This document shows positions 38,449 through 47,469 of a stretch of 47,469 nt of DNA, piece after piece; position 1 is the first letter of the stretch; each line of letters opens with the position of its first letter. The notes under the pieces are model-generated. The model had not been told where the DNA came from. It did not search any database and worked only from the letters and a program-made list of their open reading frames with translations. This stretch comes from Octopus bimaculoides (Eukaryota): positions 132,654,045-132,701,513 of the forward strand of contig NC_068983.1 of the NCBI RefSeq assembly GCF_001194135.2, in the 5' to 3' direction. Position numbers and translations under genes: made by a program.

Positions 38449-38460
38449 AACACACACACA

Positions 38461-38526
<66 letters not shown>

Positions 38527-38530
38527 CATA
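37975..38530. repeat. TA/CA-rich tract with an ~89-bp tandem duplication (38195-38365)
   Basis: tatacaaatatatacatatacttgtatatatacaaat... occurs twice. Confidence 0.85.
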
Positions 38531-38769
38531 TAAACGATATTATTAAAATTATTAATATCTACGAAGAAATATATATATCAACAAAACATTAGCATGGTAA
38601 TTCTAATACCGATTCCGCCCACCAAATCCACCCATGCAGGAAGATCCACCTGGAATTTGTATTCTACTTACGTTTACTGGTATACGATTGTTGGAAATTT
38701 AACCTATTCCTATATACTGAGTGCTTAATCGAAATCTGCTAGGATTTTTAATCCCATTTTATCTTACAG

Positions 38770-38800
<31 letters not shown>

Positions 38801-39509
38801 TATGAAATCAACTTCATACAAAGTCAGCTACCTATAAAAGACAACTTAATACAATTACTTATGTGGAAAATCTTAGAATTATGATTTTGTTATATTGTTG
38901 TTGCTCTTAGTCATCATAGTTTGAATTTTATTACAGTTTCTTGAATCCCTCTAAAATCTTTGACTTCTACAAGATCTATATATACTTTTTAGGATGTAAA
39001 ACCATATCTGCCTATTCATATTATATTTGGTTCATTGTGGACGATGTCATCATCATCATCATCATGATCCTCATCATCAACTGCAGCAAAACCGTCATTA
39101 AAATCATTATCATGGTCAACATCAGCATCATCAAAATGGTCGTAAACACCATGATTAACTCAGTCACCAACATCACCATAATAGTTATGGCCATGGACAT
39201 AAGTGGCTTCATATTAATAATTATCATTGTCATTAGAATTGTCAAGAAAACACACTATAAAAAACGAACACATTCTCACCTATAACTTAAAGCATGATAT
39301 ACATTCTTTGGTTAATGGTTCATTTAAATTTTACTGTTTTTTTCTGTTATATAAATACATTATATAAACAGGATTGGACATGTCCTTTTGAACCGAGCTA
39401 ATGTGGCGAATGAAACATATTATTCTTACTTTACTACAACAACAACTACTACTACCACCGGCACCGGCGCTGCTGCTACTGCTGCTGCTGCTTCTGTTAC
39501 TACTATTAC

Positions 39510-39672
39510 AACAATAATTATACTCCGGGCCTGAGATGAAAGTTGATTACATACATCCCAGTACCGCCGAAAAGAGGTAAGACAAAGTCGACATCGGCAG
39601 AACTCTATGACAAAACGTAAAGACGCAAGACATGTCGCTATGCATTTGGGCCGGCGTGCTAACGATTGTGCT
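39510..39672 (-). mobile_element. Internally deleted SINE
   Basis: gattacat...acaaagtcgac.tcggcagaa...aacgtaaagacg...ggcgtgctaacgatt. Confidence 0.75.
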
Positions 39673-41477
39673 AACAACAAAAACGACAACAAGAGCTACA
39701 TCAACAATGATAATGCTCATAAGAATAACAATAATACTAGCAATAATAATAATGATTATAAACATTATTTTCACAATTAGTATTATCATGTGTGTTCGTG
39801 TATTTGTGTGCATTTTCGTACATACATATGCATGATCTATAGAAAATTAAGTGGAAAATATCCTTACTTCCATCGGTTTTGCGTGCATGCACTAATATGC
39901 ATATATCTATACATCTACTGTAATACATTATAAATTCATCGAGACTTTCCTGTTGATACTTTAACACAACCTTCGTCAGAAATGAACGATCAGTTGCATT
40001 GATTCAAAACTGAGGATTTTTGTGCAAATGTGATGGACCTAAAGGCATAGTGCTTGTATTCATGTCGAAAGGAATCCAGTAATATTTCAACTAATGTTGA
40101 AAGTAAAGTATTTGTTATAGCAGATACTTTGGTATAGTGGATGAAGAAGGTTAGCACGAATATTAGTGGTACATGTGATATAAGAAATATGGCACCCAAT
40201 ACATTTCGTAGGAGTTACATATATATTTGTAATAACAGTTTGAGACAGGTCCATATACTTAAAGTTGCGTGGGTGTGTATGAAAAACCCATCTAATGAGA
40301 TTTCGGAAGAAGATGAAAGGACTTGAGACAAATTCGAGAAGGCTTCCATGTATAAGGCCTTCATAACATTAATACCAATCAACCTGAGCTGACATGTACT
40401 TAGAAGCCATCGGGAATTTCTCTCAAATCCGTTATTTCTTTTTCGAATTCTAATGGTATGGATTTGTCTTTCACATCTTTCAACTCACAAAACAATAAGT
40501 CGTATGGCGCTGAGAGAATGAGTAATTGACACAGCATTGATGGATAAATATTATTTATTTGGAGGTTAACAAGGCTACCATTGCATTCATGGAGAAACAA
40601 AATTCTCTATCCTGCCACATAAGATGATGATGCTTGTCTGAATCTTGGATGAGAATACACCAAGGCACACGAGGTTGTACGGTATTTGAAGATAAGAAAA
40701 TTCTAATCTAAGTTGATTTGAGCTAGGACTAGCGTTCGCTATGAGTTGATTAATTCCTTAATCATTTCAAATGGGAACGTTCATGCACGTTGAAATTTAT
40801 AAATTAAATTATCAGTGCATATGTATATGCACATGCACATTCATGCAAAATATGCGCACACGCTAACACACACACAGTCACAGACTAAAACCAAACAAAT
40901 AAACATGAACATACATACCCTTATGCGTGTGTATATATATATATATATATATATNNNNNNNNNNNNNNNNNNNNNNNNNNNNNNNNNNNNNNNNNNNNNN
41001 NNNNNNNNNNNNNNNNNNNNNNNNNNNNNNNNNNNNNNNNNNNNNNNNNNNNNNNNNNNNNNNNNNNNNNNNNNNNNNNNNNNNNNNNNNNNNNNNNNNN
41101 NNNNNNNNNNNNNNNNNNNNNNNNNNNNNNNNNNNNNNNNNNNNNNNNNNNNNNNNNNNNNNNNNNNNNNNNNNNNNNNNNNNNNNNNNNNNNNNNNNNN
41201 NNNNNNNNNNNNNNNNNNNNNNNNNNNNNNNNNNNNNNNNNNNNNNNNNNNNNNNNNNNNNNNNNNNNNNNNNNNNNNNNNNNNNNNNNNNNNNNNNNNN
41301 NNNNNNNNNNNNNNNNNNNNNNNNNNNNNNNNNNNNNNNNNNNNNNNNNNNNNNNNNNNNNNNNNNNNNNNNNNNNNNNNNNNNNNNNNNNNNNNNNNNN
41401 NNNNNNNNNNNNNNNNNNNNNNNNNNNNNNNNNNNNNNNNNNNNNNNNNNNNNNNNNNNNNNNNNNNNNNNNNNNNA

Positions 41478-41670
41478 TATATATATATATATATATAGTT
41501 CAAAACAAATGACGAAGACTGGTGTAGGAACAACAAGTAAGTTTAATGATCGGGAAGAATGGAAAAGTATTTTCCGTTTCGAGCCTACGCTCTTCAACAG
41601 AAAGATAAAGAGGAAACCAACGGGGGAGAAAATGAAGAGAAAAAAATGGAGAAAGCGAGAAGGAGGAGAA
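41478..41670 (-). mobile_element. PLE terminal repeat with a hammerhead-like motif (41566-41608), ending at (TA)n
   Basis: Reverse complement UCUUU-CUGUUGA-A-GAGC.GUAG.GCUC-GAAAC-GG-AAAA; downstream sequence homologous to 42540-42635. Confidence 0.7.
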
Positions 41671-41758
41671 TGAGAGAAAAGATATATAGAGAAATAGATG
41701 GATAGATATGAACATTCATACATACATACATACATACACACACACTCACACACACACT

Positions 41759-41805
<47 letters not shown>

Positions 41806-42479
41806 CATTCATATATGCATACATACATACCCATATATGTATGTGAATACATACATGTATACTTACATATATACATACATACATACTCATATATCTACAC
41901 TGTGCTTTGTTATTTCTTTGAGTATGTGCCCATAATATTGAAGTTTCACTTAATTTGACGCCTGTCTTTGTCCATGAAGTTGTAAATTCACGGAGAATTT
42001 TGTAAGTTTTTATTCTCGCAATAATGCGAAATCTTGAATATCTTCAATGCTCATGTATTTGTGTTTTGAAGTAATCCAGTAAGTTTATAGGAGCATGTTT
42101 CTTTTACGGATAACGCGATAACGTCATGTAATGCATATGATTCATGTCCAGACAAAAAAATTTTACCAGGTTAGATGGATGGCAAAGTGGCGGTGCTGGT
42201 TGCGTTGGCCAAGCTTGAAATTTCTAAATAGGAATTGTTGCCTAGACGTTACTTCCCATGATCTGTATATTTAATTATTTATTCAAAAATTACATGCAGA
42301 CTTGTGTAGCTTCCTACATTCTTATCCAAAATGAAGACAAGTACCATCGTTCCATGTAGCAGGCCTGTCACTTGTTGAGAGATTTCTCTTGGCATGAAGC
42401 CAGTAGTAGAAGTTTTGATCCACAAATAAAACAAATAAAAATGGTGTTTGTATATAAATATATATATATACAGACACTA

Positions 42480-42653
42480 CATTTATTTGTTTTTCTCCTT
42501 ATTTCTTTCTGTTGAAGAGCGTAGCTCGAAACGTTAAAGATCTTCTCTATTCCCGAGCGTTAAACTAATACATACTTTTGTTGTTTACACCACCTGTCCT
42601 CGTCTGTTGTTGCTTTTTTCGTAAATTCTCCCATATATATATATATATATATA
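42480..42653 (+). mobile_element. PLE terminal repeat ending at (TA)n
   Basis: Same family as 35724-35850 and 41478-41670. Confidence 0.75.
42504..42540 (+). ncRNA. Minimal type I hammerhead-like motif with a variant core
   Basis: UCUUU-CUGUUGA-A-GAGC.GUA.GCUC-GAAAC-GUU-AAAGA: stems I and II pair, stem III is the palindrome ACGU. Confidence 0.6.
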
Positions 42654-43162
42654 NNNNNNNNNNNNNNNNNNNNNNNNNNNNNNNNNNNNNNNNNNNNNNN
42701 NNNNNNNNNNNNNNNNNNNNNNNNNNNNNNNNNNNNNNNNNNNNNNNNNNNNNNNNNNNNNNNNNNNNNNNNNNNNNNNNNNNNNNNNNNNNNNNNNNNN
42801 NNNNNNNNNNNNNNNNNNNNNNNNNNNNNNNNNNNNNNNNNNNNNNNNNNNNNNNNNNNNNNNNNNNNNNNNNNNNNNNNNNNNNNNNNNNNNNNNNNNN
42901 NNNNNNNNNNNNNNNNNNNNNNNNNNNNNNNNNNNNNNNNNNNNNNNNNNNNNNNNNNNNNNNNNNNNTATATAGCAATAAGAAAATGGAGGGGAATATG
43001 AGGTATTCATCAACTTGCAAACACTATATTCCGTTGATTAATCTGTTTATTTTATAACCAAAATGACAAAAAAGACAATATAAAGACACTTATGATATAC
43101 CATGTCATATCAACAATTAAGATTTCAAATTTAATGGACATCTTGCAATTGGAGAAGGGACA

Positions 43163-43298
43163 AAATCTTACAGCTGTTTCAGCCTAGTGTTGGCATGCCC
43201 CATTCTATCTATATAACTCCAGTACGCTGGATTAATTAGTAGATGAAAATGATGTAATGGGGGTACATGCATGATTCACTAGACCTCTTCAGAGATTT
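43163..43298 (-). ncRNA. Type I hammerhead ribozyme with a very long stem II
   Basis: AAAUCU-CUGAAGA-G-GUCUAGUG..87 nt..CACUAGGC-U-GAAA-CAGCUG-UA-AGAUUU; all three stems pair by hand and the core is intact. Confidence 0.75.
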
Positions 43299-43723
43299 AC
43301 AAAATTTACATACAAATATAAAATAACAATAAAAAATATAAAATAAAAATATAAAAATATAAAGCATATAAAAGCATTAAAAAGTATATAAAAACATATA
43401 GAGTCATAAAAACTCATATATGCATGTATACATTACCATATACAGATATACATGTATACAAAGACAAACACATGAGTACATATATGTGTGCTCAGATACA
43501 CATACACAGATAACTGTACATGCATACCAAAATAGTCAACAATCACTGTATGGTAACAGTGTCTAGACTACATGCCCCATGTATGAAACTATTAGCAGTT
43601 CATAAGTGCATTCTGTGTTCATTAAATAACATTTATATGTCATTGTATGGAGTACTTTTCTTGTTGATCTTACCTTAACGAAGAAATAATCTACACACAC
43701 ACATACACATACATGCATGTATG

Positions 43724-43784
<61 letters not shown>

Positions 43785-46326
43785 GTACATACATTCATAT
43801 ATACACATATGCATGAAAACATACATGTATACATACAGACATACATACATCTATACATACACACATTTACATACACATATATCGATTACATTTTATCTTA
43901 TATACGTGCAGTATTTATGTGTTGTCTAATTACGAATCGCCTATCATACCTATTGAGTTATTTTTAGCCGTGCTTACATTAGTCCTCATGTTTCTCACTA
44001 TTAATTAATATTACTAACATTGTTCGTGTTATCAATGACCAATTTCTGTTTCGTCCTTACAGCAATATCTGCTAATGTAATTGTGTCATGGATTTTATCT
44101 TTTTTGCCTGATGCCCTTTACACAGGAACATATTATATTTCTATCTAACGATCTTAAACCACTTGACCAGCAATCAAACTAAAACAATGTTTTTCTTCAT
44201 CGCTCTCTTATTATATTTAGGGTTATGTTATCTGCTATATTCATCTAATTGTAATAGGGACGTAACGAAAAGAAAGGATATTTCAAGACTTCGCTAAAGA
44301 AATTTTCTTGTCACTGATAAATAAGAGAAGCACAGCAGTGCTTTATACTGTGTAATTGTGTCGCTGTAGGTAGACAACTCCCTAGGCATATCCCTATCAA
44401 TACAAGAATTAAGGATATTAATGCCTCACATGTTAACATCAGAATCTACTCATGTAACTAGGTCACGACTATTGACATTATTATCATCATCTTCGTCTTT
44501 ATTTCCACTGATATGGAATAACAGGTTAATTTTTAGAATTTTATTTTCAAATTATTCAGTGTCGAATCACGACCATCTGGTTATTTCTCAAACAAAAAGG
44601 AACCAGTATTACATTATTGAATGTCTCCTGTAAAAGTCGGAAGGTCATAATTTGAATATTCTTTTTTTCTGATTCGAATATGTTTATTGATTTGAGTATA
44701 AGTTTTTAGAAGATGCTGAGGTTTAAGAAAGCGCGTTCGTCCAACTTGGTTGATCAGGTCGGTTTAATGTCCAGGTTAATTCTTTGCACTCTATATTTGT
44801 GTGTATATATATATATATNNNNNNNNNNNNNNNNNNNNNNNNNNNNNNNNNNNNNNNNNNNNNNNNNNNNNNNNNNNNNNNNNNNNNNNNNNNNNNNNNN
44901 NNNNNNNNNNNNNNNNNNNNNNNNNNNNNNNNNNNNNNNNNNNNNNNNNNNNNNNNNNNNNNNNNNNNNNNNNNNNNNNNTATATATACATATATAGGTA
45001 GTAAGTACGACATGATTTCATGCTTGAAATTTTGTAGTTCAAATTGTTTTAGTGCATGAAAATGGAGATGGTTTCTTCCATGATGTTTACATCTTTTTGC
45101 CGGTGAAGTATTAATGTTTGATATCTGTTTGATATAGAAATTGTGTCTGCCGCCACGTCCTTTATATTTACAGACCTTATCTATTATGCTGTATTATTCT
45201 TAATATTGGATCTTTTCAATGCCACAAGGAAATATGAGACTGTCATTTAGCAGATTGCTTCAACAGGGATATGTTGGACACCCACCTACCAATTAATTCT
45301 CTAGTTATTGATGGTGGATGATTAGAACCGTCGATGTAAGTTTATATTTGCCTGTATTAAGATTCATATAAATATTTAAGAAATTAAGTACTTCAAGTGT
45401 ATCGCTAATTATGAATTTGAATCTGAGTTGCTTAAATCTTTAAAAATTTTCTGATCCATAGTGCAGCGAATGTCCTTTAGTGCTTATCCTAGACCACCGG
45501 CCCTATATACTGGCGTCTATTATTTCATTTTGAAGGACATGTAAGACTTAGAGGCCAACCGCATCTACTACTTTTGCTCCGTGATACCTTCTCAAGGTGA
45601 CATCGAATAATTAATCTCATTTCTTTTTCATTCAACATATATTATCGTCAAAAAGCAATGATTTCTTTGCAGTCCTTGAAATGGATACATCGGTATCAGT
45701 AACAATTGTTACTGATACTTTACAACAAATGCATGGCAGCGAAATCAATGAATGATTTAAAAACATAACGATTAACCTTAATAGAAATTTACCTGGCTCG
45801 ACATCGTGCAATTTCAGCTCAGGTTTTCAAGTATGTCCTCCAGAAGGCAATTGAATTCACTAATGGATATATAACTGTTAATATCAATGTCATATGTTAT
45901 TGCTTAACTCCCGTAACTTATCTCGTTCTCATCTCACCGGACTAGAGTTTTAACTTTCCTCGTTGTGTGAGAGAGACGCGTTCCACTAATCAAGCAGTCC
46001 ATTTGTTGTCAATACCTGTTGAGTAAAGAACTATACTTACCGCGGTTGATGATGTGCACACTTGAGCTTATTCTGCAACGCCATCAAAGTTTACTTGGCG
46101 GTAAGCAGGTGTACAAGCCGTTTGTCACTTTCTCTTTTCCACAGCGCATTTCTTTGACAAGCGTGAACATCTTGCGCCGAGATAGTCGTCAGGCGCCCAT
46201 AGCTCACTGCCAGTGAGGTAATGCAGTCGGTAGTATTTCCACTTTGGCATTGTATAGAAAACAAGTGGCTAGCGATCAGGGGTGATAATATCATCACGGA
46301 ATCAATGGGTGTCGACTTGTACCAAA

Positions 46327-46395
<69 letters not shown>
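46327..46395. repeat. (TAG)n microsatellite
   Basis: Visible run. Confidence 0.95.
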
Positions 46396-46429
46396 CATCA
46401 ACAGCAACAGTACAACTTTTCAGTTCTTA

Positions 46430-47000
46430 CCAGTTGAATAGGTAAAGTTGTCGTAGTATCTGGCAGTGTTTCTTGTGCTTCTTCAATTTCAAAGTTCAAA
46501 GTTCAAATGGCGTCGAATTCAACTTAACCTTTCTTTTCCTACGGTGCAATAAAAAGAAAGTAATAAGTATTATGGTCGATGTTTCGGACTGATCTTCCCC
46601 ACCACCACCAACAACAACCCCACCACAAACTTTCTGTTCTTGTGCCTACATTAGAAAAAAATTGAGTGGTAGACATGCAGAATCGTTAAGACATCGGACA
46701 AACTATTTTGCAGTATTTCATCTCTAAGCTCCGAGATAAACTCCTAGATATTATCTTAGAGTCTCTCGTCTTCGAGGCCGGTAAACTGAAGTACAACTCA
46801 AGTACTAGGACTGCCAAACAGAATGTTCCCCTATATTTGTCCGAACTCCGTGGAGAACTTTAATTTTAACTCATATAGGGTCAATGAAAAATATTGATCT
46901 AAGTTGATTAATTGGCAGAACTATAAGAACATTGGGCAAGTGTTTTACAATGTTTATTCTGATTTTTGAGTCCCAAGTTCAAATCCAATCATCGCCTTCT
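46430..47000 (+). mobile_element. Cluster of old SINE remnants (~46430-46655, 46670-46730, 46910-47000)
   Basis: gttcaaat, tcttgtgcctacattagaa, gcagaatcgttaagacatcggacaaa, ttggcagaac..caagttcaaatcc. Confidence 0.55.
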
Positions 47001-47319
47001 AGTTTTGTATCTTTAATCGTTCGACCTATTTAATAGCACGATCTTACACCTTGGCTACCTTTAGCGTAGTCTACACTGAAACAAGAATTCAAGCAAAGGC
47101 TTTATTTGAGGTAAACTTTTCACCTACCTCTTCTCATACTCTCAGGGGTCTTCTAACGAGTCAGAAGGCATTACGCTTTTCCTTTCAGCAATTAATTAAA
47201 ATTAACCAAAGGCAGTTTTTATTTAAAATTACACATTATCTGCACGGGATATTATGATTCATATAGAATGTATAATTTCTCTCCCTCTGTCTATAAGAAA
47301 ATATATAAATTTATGAATG

Positions 47320-47320
47320 T

Positions 47321-47356
<36 letters not shown>

Positions 47357-47430
47357 CTCACTTTCTCTTTCTTTCTCTTTTTCTTCATGAAGCTATGTAT
47401 TTATCTGCCTGTTTTCATATGTGTGTGTGT

Positions 47431-47469
<39 letters not shown>
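47320..47469. repeat. (CA)n/(CT)n/(GT)n microsatellites
   Basis: Visible runs. Confidence 0.95.

Noticed and set aside
39930-39985. CUGACGA..GUUG/CAAC..GAAA on the minus strand
   Set aside because: No stem I partner or valid cleavage triplet.
40400-40600. Protein-like minus-strand ORF (LKDVKDKSIPLEFEKEITDLREIPDGF)
   Set aside because: No motif recognised, and the length is expected by chance.

Overview
AT-rich eukaryotic DNA from a gappy short-read scaffold, with 18 N-gaps mostly flanked by microsatellites. The repeat content (tRNA-type SINEs with (ATT)n tails, RTE, Dong/R4-type and Penelope-like retroelements, dense microsatellites) suggests a cephalopod, probably Octopus; this is inference. 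I recognise no cellular protein-coding gene, and most long ORFs in the track are microsatellite or gap artefacts. Recognisable coding remnants are all retroelement-derived: a decayed near-full-length RTE LINE (~10.9-14.2 kb), a second RTE fragment, Dong/R4-type restriction-like endonuclease (RLE) fragments, a Penelope-like (PLE) RT fragment and a GIY-YIG tail. The main signal is a set of hammerhead-ribozyme-like motifs: an intact-core one with a very long stem II (43163-43298, -), one inside a ~500-bp partial tandem repeat (7480-7536, -), and three minimal copies with a non-canonical CUGU(U/G)GA core. Most lie in PLE-type termini that end at (TA)n. Also notable: Dong ends tail-to-tail with SINEs in shared (TAA)n tracts, and a 398-bp foldback element. 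Family names come from recalled motifs; no database search or folding program was run.
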